A stretch of 64,000 nt of DNA, taken from positions 2,021 to 66,020 of the forward strand of contig DAIDGR010000080.1 in the NCBI GenBank assembly GCA_027452265.1, given 5' to 3'. This DNA comes from Caulobacteraceae bacterium. GTDB lineage: Bacteria; Pseudomonadota; Alphaproteobacteria; Caulobacterales; Caulobacteraceae. Made by a program: the position numbers and the translations under genes. This document shows positions 32,129 through 42,608 of this stretch, in pieces. The notes below the pieces were generated by a model. That model ran no database searches, was not told where the DNA came from, and saw only the letters and a program-made list of their open reading frames with translations. The stretch's first letter is position 1; each line of letters begins with the position of its first letter.

Positions 32129-33112
32129 TCAGAGATCGGGTCGGATGACCGCCTTGCCGATCACCTCGCGCCGGGCCAGGAGATCGAACGCCTCGCGCCA
32201 CTGATCCAGCGGAAGTTCGGCATGGACCCGTGGCCGGATCGCCCCGGTCTCCGCCAGAGACCAGATATGATCGAGGTTTTCCCGGCCCCGCTCGGGAAAG
32301 CGGCGGCCATACTCTCCGGCTCTCACGCCCATCACCGAGAACCCCTTGATCAGGGGCAGGTTGACCGAGACGCTGGGAATCCGCCCCGAGGTGAATCCGA
32401 TCACCAGAAGGCGCCCGTCAAAGGCGATACAGCGCACGCTCTCATCGAACACATCCCCGCCCACTGGGTCGAAGATCACGTCCGCCCCACGCCCGTCGGT
32501 GAGCGCCTTCACCGCCTCACGAAAGCCGCCGCGCACATCCAGCACCGCGTCCGGGGCGTATTCGGCGGCGATCACGGCCAGCTTGTCCGGCGAGGCCGAG
32601 GCGGCGATGACGCGGCAGCCCATCTGCTTGGCGAGGTCGACGCAGGCCAGGCCCACGCCGCCGGCGGCCCCATGCACCAGCACCCACTCGCCGGACTGCA
32701 CGTTCGCGCGCCGCGCCAGGGCCACATGGGCTGTGAGATAGGCCGCGCCGCATCCCGCCGCCTGGGCGAAGCTGAGCGCCGCCGGCTTACGCCTCAGGCC
32801 CGCCGCGGCGGTCACGGCATAGTCCGAAAACCCGCCGATCCGCGCGCCTCCGACCACCGCCTCGCCCGGCGCCAGATCCTCGACGCCTTCGCCCAGAGCC
32901 TCTACCTCGCCGGACAGCTCCAGCCCGGGGATGAACGGGAGCTCTGGCTTGTGCTGATATTCGCCGCGCGTCTGTAATAGGTCGGGAAAGTTGACCGCCG
33001 CCGCCCGCACGCGGATCAGCACCTCGCCGGGTCCGGGCCTGGGCGTGGCGATCTCGGCCAGTCGGCAACCGCCATAATCGGCCTCGAGACGCTCGACGAC
33101 GAGGGCGCGCAT
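32129..33112 (-). CDS. NADPH:quinone oxidoreductase family protein (MDR); start ATG at 33112
   Basis: MRALVV, AAAVNFPDLL..RG.YQ..P..PF.PG.E, VHGAAGGVG, GRLLVIGFTSG. Confidence 0.9.
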   Translation of the reverse strand: MRALVVERLEADYGGCRLAEIATPRPGPGEVLIRVRAAAVNFPDLLQTRGEYQHKPELPFIPGLELSGEVEALGEGVEDLAPGEAVVGGARIGGFSDYAVTAAAGLRRKPAALSFAQAAGCGAAYLTAHVALARRANVQSGEWVLVHGAAGGVGLACVDLAKQMGCRVIAASASPDKLAVIAAEYAPDAVLDVRGGFREAVKALTDGRGADVIFDPVGGDVFDESVRCIAFDGRLLVIGFTSGRIPSVSVNLPLIKGFSVMGVRAGEYGRRFPERGRENLDHIWSLAETGAIRPRVHAELPLDQWREAFDLLARREVIGKAVIRPDL

Positions 33113-33119
33113 GAGCGCC

Positions 33120-33761
33120 TCAGACCCGCGGTCGCGGCAGGCCGGCAACCCCGCCGCTGAGCAGAGCCACGACGAAATCGGTGGCGCCTTCCACGTCCAG
33201 CGGCGAACGGCGCAACATCAGATCGCCGACCTCGCGGGCCACGGCGATGGCGCTCGCGGCCAGATAATCAAGGTCCACGTCGTCAGCCATGGTGCGTCCG
33301 AGGGTCGCGCCGAAGGCCCGGCGCACCTCGTCGAACACGGCGACCAGTTCAGGGGTATTGCGAACGTGAACGGGGGAGTTCTCGGCGTCGAGATTGCGCG
33401 TCCAGGCTTCATGCTCGGCGGCGATGAAGTTGAAATAGGCCCCGACGGCGGCGCGCAGATAGGAGGCAAAGTCGGTCGCCTGGGCCGACTGCGCCTGCAG
33501 GATCGGTCGGAACCGCCGCGCGCCGTCATCGGCAAGGGCGTCGAACACCTCCTCCTTGGAGCGGTAGTAATTGTAGAAGGCCCCGACGCTGAGGCCGGTG
33601 CGACGGATGATGTCTCGCACCGTGGCCGACTCGAAGCCCATCTCGCTGAACACCTCCCGCGCCGCGTCGAGGATCGCGGAGCGATTGGCCGCCTTGGTCT
33701 GGGCCCGCTTGCCAGGCGCCAATTCGACGATATCGGAGATTTCGGCCGTGGGATCGTTCAC
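33120..33761 (-). CDS. TetR/AcrR family transcriptional regulator
   Basis: ILDAAREVF.E.GF.SATVRDI.RRTGLSVGAFYNYYRSKEE helix-turn-helix; GTG start with RBS. Confidence 0.92.
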   Translation of the reverse strand: MNDPTAEISDIVELAPGKRAQTKAANRSAILDAAREVFSEMGFESATVRDIIRRTGLSVGAFYNYYRSKEEVFDALADDGARRFRPILQAQSAQATDFASYLRAAVGAYFNFIAAEHEAWTRNLDAENSPVHVRNTPELVAVFDEVRRAFGATLGRTMADDVDLDYLAASAIAVAREVGDLMLRRSPLDVEGATDFVVALLSGGVAGLPRPRV

Positions 33762-33900
33762 CCCTCAAGGATCAGGCGCCCGGCCGGCGAAGTCCAGCTT
33801 TGGCCGACGCGAAGGGCCGGGGAGCCAAGATGTCTTGATCGGCCGTCGGGGGCAGGGCTTGTTCGGACCCGTCCTTCCGTTTGCTGATGAGCCGCTGCCC

Positions 33901-34449
33901 ATGCCCCCGCCCCAGACAATACCCCCGCTGCGCCGGCGCGATCTTGCCCTTCTGGCCCTGGGTGTTTCAGGGAGTGCGGGCCTGGCGGGAGAAGCAAAGG
34001 CCGCGCCGTGCGCCCTGGCGCCTGGATGGGACGCGTCCTGGTCGGCGGAGGACCAGGCCATCCGTGCGCTGATCGGCGAGATGCAGGCGGCCTGGAACCG
34101 CGGCGACTTCGCCGGCTACATGGCCGGGTTCGCCAATCCCGACGTGGTGTTCGTGTCACGCGGGCGGATCCGCACGGGCTGGCGGGACGTGCTCGACCAC
34201 TATCGCCGCGACTATGGCGGCGACCCCGCTCGGCGCGGGACCCTGGCCTTCTCCGAGATCACCATCACCCCCCTGGCGCCGGACGCGGCCCAACTCATCA
34301 GCCACTATCGCCTGGTCCGCGAGGTCGGCGGGCAGGACGGGATCAATACCCGTCTGATGCGCAAGCGCGAGGGCCGCTGGGTCATCGCCCTCAACCATGT
34401 GTCCTCGATCGAGGAGGGAGCGTGCGCCCCGGGCGCGAGAACCGGCTGA
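33901..34449 (+). CDS. NTF2-like/SnoaL (DUF4440) protein with a Tat-like signal peptide
   Basis: LRRRDLALLALG...AKA signal; AIRALI...AAWNRGD..GYMAGF; T.LMRKREGRWVIALNHVSS. Confidence 0.8.
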   Translation: MPPPQTIPPLRRRDLALLALGVSGSAGLAGEAKAAPCALAPGWDASWSAEDQAIRALIGEMQAAWNRGDFAGYMAGFANPDVVFVSRGRIRTGWRDVLDHYRRDYGGDPARRGTLAFSEITITPLAPDAAQLISHYRLVREVGGQDGINTRLMRKREGRWVIALNHVSSIEEGACAPGARTG

Positions 34450-34462
34450 GCGTCCGCGCGTC

Positions 34463-35362
34463 TCAGACCGTGCGCTGAGCCTTGTCCTTGTCATTGGCGC
34501 CGCGGATCATCTCTTTCGCCCGGGCCCATTGGGCGTCGTCCCAGTCGCGCAGGGTGGAGAACGACCCGCCGCCGGCGTTCCACGCGCCGCCGTCGATGGC
34601 GATGGTCTGGCCGTTCACATAGGCCGAGAAGGGATGCATCAGCCACACGGCCATATTGGCCAGTTCGCGCAGCTCCCCCGCCCGGCCCATGGGGTTGCCG
34701 CGCATTTCGCCATAGCTGCTGGCGCTCGCGCCTGGATTGAGCCGCGCGGTCATGCCCTCTGTGTAGAAGGGCCCCGGGGCGATGGCGTTGAAGCGGATGC
34801 CCTTGGGCGCCCACTCCACGGCCAGGGACTGGGTCATCACATTGAGGCCCGCCTTGGACATGGCCGAGGGAACGGTGAAGGGGCCGCCGCTCCAGACCCA
34901 GGTGGTCAGGATCGATAGCACCGACGCCTTTTTGCCCTCGGCGATCCATCGCTTGCCGCAGTCGAGGGTGACGAAGAACGAGCCGCGAAAAACGATATTG
35001 GCGATGGCGTCGAAGGCCCGTGCGGAGAGATCCTCGGTGCGGCTGATGAAATTGCCCGCGGCGTTGTTGACCAGACCGGTCAGGGCGCCGCCATCGGCCC
35101 AGATCCGGTCGCACATGTCGGCGATCGCCTCGGGCACGCGGATGTCGCAGGCGATGGGCGCGACGCGCCCCCCATGGGCGTCCATCAGCTCCCTGGCGGC
35201 CTCCTCCAGGACCCCGCCCCGCCGACCGCAGATATAGACCTCCGCGCCCAGCATCACGAAGGCCTCGGCCATGGCCTTGCCCAGGCCCGTGCCGCCGCCC
35301 GTCACCAGAATCCGCTCGCCGGCCAGGGCGTCGGGCTTGAACATCAGATCATCGGGGGTCAT
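34463..35362 (-). CDS. Short-chain dehydrogenase/reductase, 2,4-dienoyl-CoA reductase-like
   Basis: TGGGTGLG, LVNNAAGNF, PSAMSKAG (SxxxK in place of YxxxK), RFNAIAPGP, INGQ-like VNGQTIAIDGG. Confidence 0.85.
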   Translation of the reverse strand: MTPDDLMFKPDALAGERILVTGGGTGLGKAMAEAFVMLGAEVYICGRRGGVLEEAARELMDAHGGRVAPIACDIRVPEAIADMCDRIWADGGALTGLVNNAAGNFISRTEDLSARAFDAIANIVFRGSFFVTLDCGKRWIAEGKKASVLSILTTWVWSGGPFTVPSAMSKAGLNVMTQSLAVEWAPKGIRFNAIAPGPFYTEGMTARLNPGASASSYGEMRGNPMGRAGELRELANMAVWLMHPFSAYVNGQTIAIDGGAWNAGGGSFSTLRDWDDAQWARAKEMIRGANDKDKAQRTV

Positions 35363-35480
35363 GGGCGCGTCTCCTTGAGGTCACGACGTCTCGCGGCTGG
35401 CCGCCGTCTCTTTTGCGCTGTCAGGTTGCGCCGCGTCGCGCGCCCCGCGTCAAGCCTCACCCGAGGTCAGCTGTCCGGGC

Positions 35481-36248
35481 TCAGCCCGGCCACGGCGGGG
35501 CGGCGCGAAGATAGCCAAGCAGGGCTCGGGCGGCCGCTGGCGCGCGCACCTTGCCCTCGCCCCCGGCGCCGATGAAGAAGGCGAAGAGGTCACGGCCCTT
35601 CGCGAGGGCTTCGAGCCGCACGGCCCAGTCGGCCAGGGCGGGGGCGGCGTAGCCGTCGGGTTCGCTCTCCTCCAGACGCATCAATCGGGCGTAGACGAAA
35701 TCGGCGGTGGGCTCGGCGATCAGAGGATAGGCCGCATGGTCGGCGAGGCAGATGGCCACGCCCCGCTCGCGGCAGAGTGCGATGAAGGCGGGATCGACGA
35801 AGCTGGCGTGTCGCGGCTCCAGCACATGGCGCAGGGCCAGACCGTCGAGGCGCGGGGGCAGGAGGTCGAGAAAGCGGGCCATGTCGTCGGCGTCGAAGCG
35901 CTTTGTGGGCATGAACTGCCAGAGGATCGGGCCAAGGCGCGGGCCCAGCTCGACGAGTCCCTGCTCAAGGAAGCGGGCGATGAACGGCCCGGTCTCGGCC
36001 AGGACCTTGCGATGGGTGCACAGCCGCGAGGCCTTGACCGAAAAGACAAAGTCGGCCGGCGTTTCGTCCCTCCAGCGCGCAAAGGCCGCGGGCGATTGCA
36101 GGGCATGATAGGTGGCGTTGATCTCGATCGCCGTCAGCGCCGCCCCGGCAAACCGCAGTTCATCGGCCTGTCGCAATCCCGGAGGATAGAACACGCCCCG
36201 CCACGGCGCGAACGTCCAGCCGCCGATGCCCACCCTGGGCTTGTTCAT
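35481..36248 (-). CDS. DUF72 (YecE-like) protein; start ATG at 36248
   Basis: RVGIGGWTFAPWRGVFYP, IEINATYH, F.FSVKASR..TH, LGPILWQF, HVLEPRH.SF, Y.RL. Confidence 0.9.
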   Translation of the reverse strand: MNKPRVGIGGWTFAPWRGVFYPPGLRQADELRFAGAALTAIEINATYHALQSPAAFARWRDETPADFVFSVKASRLCTHRKVLAETGPFIARFLEQGLVELGPRLGPILWQFMPTKRFDADDMARFLDLLPPRLDGLALRHVLEPRHASFVDPAFIALCRERGVAICLADHAAYPLIAEPTADFVYARLMRLEESEPDGYAAPALADWAVRLEALAKGRDLFAFFIGAGGEGKVRAPAAARALLGYLRAAPPWPG

Positions 36249-36270
36249 TTTGGGTTCGCGCCTATTTGCC

Positions 36271-36301
36271 AAGTGAACGAATATTAACTTGAGCGCTTCA
36301 A
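36271..36301. promoter_or_regulatory. AT-rich imperfect palindromes; candidate operator in the divergent promoter of the RND operon
   Basis: AAGTGAA-CGAATA-TTAACTT (36271-36290) overlaps TTGAGCGCTTCAA (36289-36301). Confidence 0.35.
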
Positions 36302-36378
36302 AAGATCGGCGCGCAATGGCTCGTCGGTCGTCCCGTAAGGTCGCCGCGCCTTGAGGGGGACGTCTGAACGTCGAAGTC

Positions 36379-37872
36379 ATGCCGGTCCGAGCACGCCCTG
36401 ATCCGATCCGCCATCCGGCCATGGCGGCGAGCGCGCTCGCCCTTGGCCTGATCGCCGCCTGCACGGGCCCTAGCCCGGGCAAGCCGGACACGCGTCTGCC
36501 GGCCGCCTATGACGCGCCGGCCAAAGGCCCGCCCCTGACTCCCGCCCAGCTGGATCGCTGGTGGTTGGTGTTCAACGATCCGGCCCTCAACGCCCTGGAG
36601 GATCAGGCCCTCAGGAGCGCGCCCGACGCGCGCACGGCCTATGAGCGGCTGGTGGAGATCGGGGCGGTCAAGCGCCAGTCGATCGCCAAGACCCTTCCCT
36701 CGGGAGGGGTCAGCGGCTCGGCCAGCAAGGAGCACGAGTTCGGCGTCGGCCCGGCGCCCAACAGCCTGTTTCCGATCGGCGGCGACTTCATCACCCAGAC
36801 CGCCAGCCTCAACGCCTCCTGGGAGATCGACCTGTTCGGCCGCCTGGCCCTGCAGCGGCAGATCGCCAACGCCACGGCGGCGGCTGACCGCTTCAATATT
36901 GAAGGCGCGCTCGCCAGCCTGGCGGCGAATGTCGCCTCGGACTACTTCCAGGCCACCGGCCTGCAGATCCAGATCGAGGATGCCCAGGAGACGGTACGGA
37001 TCGACAAGGGCCTGACCGATGTCGCCGAGGAAAAGGCCCGGCGCGGCCTCGGCGCGGCGTCCGATGCGGACCGCGTGGCCGGCGATCAGGCTCAGGCCGA
37101 GGCCCAGCTCGCCGACCTCGAATCCCAGCTTCACGCGATCCGCCGCCAGCTTCTGGTCCTGATCGGCAAGGGCGGTGATCCGGTGACCGCGATTCCAGTG
37201 GCGGACAAGACCGACGAAGCGCCCAGGGCCCCGAGCGCCGCGCCAGGCGACCTTCTTGAGCGGCGACCGGATATCCGAGAGGCCGAAGCCCGCTTCCGGG
37301 CCGAGCGCTTCAACGCCAAGCTGGCCCATCTCGCCATCTTCCCGACCTTCACCATGCAGCCCAATGTCGGCATCACGCGCACGGTGACTCCCAGCGTGGG
37401 CTTCATTCCGCCCGCGACCCTGTTCCCCGAACAGCTCGCCTCGTCCATCGGCTTCTGGACGATCGGCGGCGGGATCTCCCAGCCCGTGCTCGACATTCCC
37501 CGCCTGATGGACGCCGCCCATGCCGAGGACGCCCGGACGCGCGAGGATTTGATCGCCTATGAAAAGACCATTCAGACCGCCTATGGCGAGGCCGAGAACG
37601 CCCTGGTCAGCCTCGACGCCGCCCATCGCGCGGTCACGATTCTCACGGCCGGCGAAGCCCGTGCGCGCTTCGCCTACGACGCCGCCGAGCGGCGTTACGA
37701 CATGGGCCTGGATGACCTCACCGCAGCCCTGACGGCCGAACAGAGCTGGCGCGCCACCCGCGCCGCCCTGACCACCGAGCGTGTGCAGGCCCTCGAGCGT
37801 TCGGTCGACGCCTTCAAGGCCATGGGCGGCGGATGGAGCTACACGGCGACGACCCCACGGAGACCTTCATGA
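36379..37872 (+). CDS. RND efflux outer membrane lipoprotein (NodT/OprM family); start 36379 or 36421
   Basis: Lipobox LIAAC, WWLVFNDP.LN.L...AL, ASWEIDLFG, P.DLLERRPDIR.AE. Confidence 0.93.
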   Translation: MPVRARPDPIRHPAMAASALALGLIAACTGPSPGKPDTRLPAAYDAPAKGPPLTPAQLDRWWLVFNDPALNALEDQALRSAPDARTAYERLVEIGAVKRQSIAKTLPSGGVSGSASKEHEFGVGPAPNSLFPIGGDFITQTASLNASWEIDLFGRLALQRQIANATAAADRFNIEGALASLAANVASDYFQATGLQIQIEDAQETVRIDKGLTDVAEEKARRGLGAASDADRVAGDQAQAEAQLADLESQLHAIRRQLLVLIGKGGDPVTAIPVADKTDEAPRAPSAAPGDLLERRPDIREAEARFRAERFNAKLAHLAIFPTFTMQPNVGITRTVTPSVGFIPPATLFPEQLASSIGFWTIGGGISQPVLDIPRLMDAAHAEDARTREDLIAYEKTIQTAYGEAENALVSLDAAHRAVTILTAGEARARFAYDAAERRYDMGLDDLTAALTAEQSWRATRAALTTERVQALERSVDAFKAMGGGWSYTATTPRRPS

Positions 37873-38978
37873 CCCATCCTGGTCCGCGCCGCGCGACGCC
37901 TCGGGGCCTGGCGCCCGTCCTTGTCGTGGCCCTGGCCCTTGGCGCGCTCGGCCTGACCGCCTGCCAGCCCAAGGCCACGGGCGATAAGGCCCAGGCGCAG
38001 GCGCGCGCCGTCAGCGTGATCGCGATCGGCCCGCGCGACATGCAGGGCGGGCTCACCGCCTCTGGGGCTCTCGTGCCCTGGGAGGAGGTCGATATCTTTC
38101 CCCAGCTGACGACCTACCGCGTGATCAAGGTCCTGGTGGATGAGGGCGATCACGTGAAGGCGGGCCAGGCCGTCGCCCAGCTCGACGACACCCTGCTGCG
38201 CGAGCAGGTGGCCCAGGCGCAGGCTCTGGCCCGACAGCAGGATGTCCAGGCCCAGCGCGCGGAAGAGGAGGCCGACCGGGTCAAGGGCCTGGATAAGGCC
38301 GGAATCCTCGCCCAGGAGCAGATCGACGAGCGCCGGTTCGCCGCTCAGGCCGCCCGGGCCCAGGCCAAGGCGCAGGAGGCCGCCGCGGCCGACATGCGCA
38401 ACCGCGAGGCCATGATGGCCGTGCGCACGCCCTATGCGGGCCTCGTTTATGAGCGCAATGTCCGGGTCGGGGATATGGGCGGCGGGACCACGCCCTGGTA
38501 CCGCATCGCCCGGGACGGGCGGATCGAGCTGGCCGCCGATGTCAGCTCAGACGCGCTCGACAAGATCCATGCCGGCGACAAGGTCAGCGTGACCCTGGCT
38601 GATGGGACTCTGGTGGACGGCGTGGTGCGGCTGGTCAGCCCGGGCGTCGACCCCACCACACGACTTGGCCGGGTGCGGGTCAGCCTTCCTGTGCGTCCTG
38701 ACATCCGCGCCGGCGGCTTCGCCAAGGGACGCTTCCTCAGCGCGGCTCGCAGCGCCCTGGCCCTGCCTGAAACCGCGATCCGCTATGACGCCGACGGCGC
38801 CTCGGTCCTGGTCATCGGCGCGGATGACCGGGTGGCCCGGGTTCCTGTGACGACCGGACAGCGGGCCGACGGCTATGTGGAGCTGCTCAGCGGTCCGCCG
38901 GCCGGGACCCGGGTGGTGCAGCGCGCCGCGGCCATGCTCTCGCCCGGCGATCTGGTGCGACCGGTCCCGGCCACATGA
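37869..38978 (+). CDS. RND efflux periplasmic adaptor (membrane fusion protein); start ATG at 37869
   Basis: Lipobox LTAC, V..V.VDEGD.VKAGQ, coiled coil, V..VSP.VDPTTR.GRVRV; ATGA overlaps on both sides. Confidence 0.93.
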   Translation: MTHPGPRRATPRGLAPVLVVALALGALGLTACQPKATGDKAQAQARAVSVIAIGPRDMQGGLTASGALVPWEEVDIFPQLTTYRVIKVLVDEGDHVKAGQAVAQLDDTLLREQVAQAQALARQQDVQAQRAEEEADRVKGLDKAGILAQEQIDERRFAAQAARAQAKAQEAAAADMRNREAMMAVRTPYAGLVYERNVRVGDMGGGTTPWYRIARDGRIELAADVSSDALDKIHAGDKVSVTLADGTLVDGVVRLVSPGVDPTTRLGRVRVSLPVRPDIRAGGFAKGRFLSAARSALALPETAIRYDADGASVLVIGADDRVARVPVTTGQRADGYVELLSGPPAGTRVVQRAAAMLSPGDLVRPVPAT

Positions 38979-41900
38979 GCGGCTCGCCAACCCCGCAAGG
39001 GCCTCCCGCCCCGCAAGGCCCCCACGGGCGCGGCTTTCGCGTCTCGGAGTGGGCGATTCGCAACCCGACCCCGGTGGCGGTGCTCTTCATCGCCGCCGTG
39101 CTCGCCGGGCTGATCGCCTATTTCGCCCTGCCGATCAAAAACTTCCCCAACATCGAGTTCCCGGCCGTCCTGATCGACGTCACTCGCAGCGGCGCCGCAC
39201 CGGCGGAGATGGAGACCCAGGTCACGCGGCCGATCGAGAACGCCCTGTCCGGCCTCTCGGACGTGGAGACCATCGGCTCGACCGTGAGCCAGGGCGATTC
39301 CACGACGATCATCCAGTTCCACCTGGGAACAAACCTGCAGAAGATCACCGACGATGTCCGGTCGAAGGTCGATCAGACGCGCAACGCCCTGCCGCGCGAC
39401 ATCGATCCGCCCGTCGTCCAGCGCCTGGACGTGGATTCGCAGCCGATCGTCACCTACGCCGTCTCCGCGCCCGGCATGTCCGAGAGCGCGCTCTCGTGGT
39501 TTATCGACAACACCATCTCCCGCGACCTTCAGGCCGAGCCAGGCGTCTCGAAGATTGATCGCCTGGGTGGGGTGGACCGCGAGATCAACGTCCTGGTGGA
39601 TCCCGACCGTCTGGCGGCGCACAACCTGACCGCCGCCCAGGTCAATACGGCCCTGGCCCAGGCCGATGTGGATGTGCCCGGCGGCCGGGTCAGCATCGGC
39701 GGACGCGAGCAGACCTTGCGGGTTCTCGGCGCCGCGCAGGACGTGAACCGGATCCGAAATCTCGTCATCTCCACCGCCGCCGGTCAGTTCGTCCGTCTCT
39801 CGGACGTGGCCGATGTGGGCGACGGGGCGGCCGAGCCCCGCGGCTTCGCCCTGCTCGACGGCAAGCCGGTGGTCGGCTTCGAGGTGTCCAAGACCAAGAA
39901 CGCCAGCGAGGTCTCCACCGAGGACAATGTCGACAAGGAGATCAAGCACATCGAGGCGACCAATCCGGGCGTCGTGGTGCACAAGATCGTCTCCCGCGTC
40001 GACGAAACCCGCGCCGCCTTCCTGGCCACGGCCCACACCCTGCTTGAGGGCATGTTGCTCGCGGCGTTGGTGGTCTGGCTGTTCCTGCGCGACTGGCGCG
40101 CCACCCTGGTCACGGCCGTGGCCATGCCCGTCTCGCTGATCCCCACCTTCGCCGTGATGAACCTTTTGGGATTCAGCCTGAACGTGGTGACCCTGCTGGG
40201 GCTCACCCTGGTGATCGGCATCCTGGTCGACGACGCCATCGTCGAGATCGAGAACATCGAAAAGCGCGTCCATCGCGGCCTGCGTCCGTTTCAGGCGGCC
40301 ATCGAGGGGGCCGACCAGATCGGTCTCGCCGTGGTCGCCACCACCTTCTCGATCGTTGCGGTGTTCCTGCCGGTGGCGTTCATGCCTGGCATTCCGGGCC
40401 AGTTCTTCCGCGAGTTCGGCATCACCGTCTCGGTCGCGGTGCTCTTCTCGCTGGTGGTCGCGCGGTTGCTGACGCCGCTGATGGCCGCCTATTTCCTGAA
40501 GCCCAAGCCGGCCAGCCCGCCGCCGCCCCTGCCGGCCATCTATACGAGGACCCTTGGCTGGGCCCTGGACCACAAGTGGAAGGCCGCCCTGGTCGGCCTG
40601 GCGGTTTTCGTCGCCTCCATGGCCCTGTTCATCCCGCTGAAGAAGGGGGTGCAGCCGGACGACAATCCCAACTACTACTATGTCAACATTCAGGGCCCGC
40701 CGGGCGCCACGCTGGACGATATGCGCCGCACGGTCAGCCGGCTCGACGCCCTCCTGGCCCGGCAGCCCGAGACCGCGCACGTCTTCACCCAGGTTGGAGG
40801 CGGCGGCATTTCCAGCGGGCCTCAGGGGATCTCCAACAGCGGCGGCGTCAACAACGGCGCGGTGGTCGCGGTGCTCAAGCCCGGACCGCGTCCGAGCATC
40901 GCCAAGATCCGCGACCGGCTGCGCGACGCCTTGCGCCTGATCCCCGACGCACGCCTGTCCTTCGACATTTCCGGTTTTGGCTCCAGCGGCGTGCAGATCG
41001 TCCTGACGAGCGAGTCCGGCCAGGGGCTGGAAAGCGCCGCCTTGGAGCTGCAGCGCGAGATTCGCTCCGTGCCAGGCGTCGCCGACCCGCGTCCCGCCAC
41101 CCCGCCCAGCGCCCCGGAGCTGGTCGTGCGGCCCAAGGCCGATGAGGCCGCCAGGCTCGGCGTCTCCGCCACATCCATCGCCGAGGCGGTGCGCATCGCC
41201 ACGATCGGCGACATCGACGCCAACGTCTCCAAGCTGGACGAGGGCGAGCGACGCATTCCCGTGCGCGTGCGCTATCCCGTGCAGGACCGCTCCAACCTCT
41301 CGATCCTGCGCAATATGCGCCTGCCCACCGCTTCGGGGGGCTCGACCACCCTCGACAGTGTGGCGGACCTGTCGTTCCAGGCCGGGCCAGCCGAGATCAA
41401 CCGCTTCGACCGCAAGCGCAATGTCAGCATTCTGGCCGACGTCACCGGGGACACCCAGGTGGGCGACGCCCTGAACAAGATCTACAAGCTGCCGATCCTC
41501 AAGCACCTGCCGCCGGGCGTCGCGCTGGCCACCGAGGGTCAGGAGCAGGCCTATGCCGAGCTGTTCACCGGCTTCGCCGTGGCCATCTTTTCGGCCATCG
41601 GCCTTGTCTATGCGGTCATGGTTCTGCTGTTCGGCAGCTTCTTCAAACCGCTGATCATCCTCTCGGCCCTGCCGACCGCGATCGGCGGCGCGCTCCTGAG
41701 CCTCCTGGCGCTCGACATGTCCCTGTCGATCCCGTCCCTGATCGGCTTTCTGATGCTCATGGGCCTGGCGGCGAAAAACTCGATCCTGCTGGTCGAGTTC
41801 GCCATCGAGCGCGAGCGCGAAGGGTCCAGCCAGAGGGAGGCCTTATGGGAGGCCTGTCGCGAGCGGGCCAGGCCGATCGTCATGACCACCCTGGCCATGG

Positions 41901-42136
41901 GGGCGGGCATGCTGCCCACGGCGCTCGCCCTGGGCGCCGGCTCGGGCTTCCGCCAGCCCATGGCCGTGGCCGTGATCGGCGGGCTGATCACCTCGACGGT
42001 CCTGTCCCTGGTCCTGGTGCCGGTGGTCTATGAGATCATCGACGATTTTGAGGCCTGGTTGACGCCCAGGCTCGCGCGTCTGATCACCCCGCCCGAGGCC
42101 GCTCCGGCTCACCCGCTGGGCGATCCGGCGGAGTAG
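38975..42136 (+). CDS. RND efflux permease (AcrB/AcrD/AcrF family)
   Basis: [69 protein letters not shown]. Confidence 0.96.
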   Translation: MSGSPTPQGPPAPQGPHGRGFRVSEWAIRNPTPVAVLFIAAVLAGLIAYFALPIKNFPNIEFPAVLIDVTRSGAAPAEMETQVTRPIENALSGLSDVETIGSTVSQGDSTTIIQFHLGTNLQKITDDVRSKVDQTRNALPRDIDPPVVQRLDVDSQPIVTYAVSAPGMSESALSWFIDNTISRDLQAEPGVSKIDRLGGVDREINVLVDPDRLAAHNLTAAQVNTALAQADVDVPGGRVSIGGREQTLRVLGAAQDVNRIRNLVISTAAGQFVRLSDVADVGDGAAEPRGFALLDGKPVVGFEVSKTKNASEVSTEDNVDKEIKHIEATNPGVVVHKIVSRVDETRAAFLATAHTLLEGMLLAALVVWLFLRDWRATLVTAVAMPVSLIPTFAVMNLLGFSLNVVTLLGLTLVIGILVDDAIVEIENIEKRVHRGLRPFQAAIEGADQIGLAVVATTFSIVAVFLPVAFMPGIPGQFFREFGITVSVAVLFSLVVARLLTPLMAAYFLKPKPASPPPPLPAIYTRTLGWALDHKWKAALVGLAVFVASMALFIPLKKGVQPDDNPNYYYVNIQGPPGATLDDMRRTVSRLDALLARQPETAHVFTQVGGGGISSGPQGISNSGGVNNGAVVAVLKPGPRPSIAKIRDRLRDALRLIPDARLSFDISGFGSSGVQIVLTSESGQGLESAALELQREIRSVPGVADPRPATPPSAPELVVRPKADEAARLGVSATSIAEAVRIATIGDIDANVSKLDEGERRIPVRVRYPVQDRSNLSILRNMRLPTASGGSTTLDSVADLSFQAGPAEINRFDRKRNVSILADVTGDTQVGDALNKIYKLPILKHLPPGVALATEGQEQAYAELFTGFAVAIFSAIGLVYAVMVLLFGSFFKPLIILSALPTAIGGALLSLLALDMSLSIPSLIGFLMLMGLAAKNSILLVEFAIEREREGSSQREALWEACRERARPIVMTTLAMGAGMLPTALALGAGSGFRQPMAVAVIGGLITSTVLSLVLVPVVYEIIDDFEAWLTPRLARLITPPEAAPAHPLGDPAE

Positions 42137-42143
42137 GCCCGCG

Positions 42144-42608
42144 TCAGACCTGTGACCGCTGCGCCTCGGCGGCCTCCATGGCGGCCCGGGCCAGGCGATC
42201 GACGCGCTCGTTCATCGGGTGGCCGGCATGGCCCTTCACCCAGCGCCAGTCGATGGCGTGGCGGGCCCGCGCCTCGTCCAGGCGCCGCCACAGATCCTCG
42301 TTCTTTACCGCCCCCTTTGAGAAGGTGCGCCAGCCGCGCGCCTTCCACAGGTCGAGCCACTGGGTGACCCCGTTGCGGACATACTGGCTGTCGGTGTGCA
42401 GCTCGACCCGGCAGGGGCGTTTGAGCGCGATCAGGGCCTCGATCGCCGCGGTGAGCTCCATGCGGTTGTTGGTTGTGGCCGGCGACCCGCCGGAAATCTC
42501 CTTTTCCTGACCGCGCGCGCTCAGCACCGCCGCCCAGCCGCCAGGGCCCGGATTGCCGCGGCACGAGCCGTCGGTGAAGATCACCACGTCGGGCGTCGGC
42601 TCGCTCAT
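42144..42608 (-). CDS. rnhA: Ribonuclease HI
   Basis: [57 protein letters not shown]. Confidence 0.97.
   Translation of the reverse strand: MSEPTPDVVIFTDGSCRGNPGPGGWAAVLSARGQEKEISGGSPATTNNRMELTAAIEALIALKRPCRVELHTDSQYVRNGVTQWLDLWKARGWRTFSKGAVKNEDLWRRLDEARARHAIDWRWVKGHAGHPMNERVDRLARAAMEAAEAQRSQV

Noticed and set aside
38873-41506. 877-aa antisense ORF opposite the RND permease, and similar long antisense ORFs (46..942, 29751..31334, 45973..47871, 49040..51055, 60054..62144, 23640..25112)
   Set aside because: They mirror well-supported genes on the other strand, carry no motifs and are expected from stop-codon scarcity at about 70% GC.
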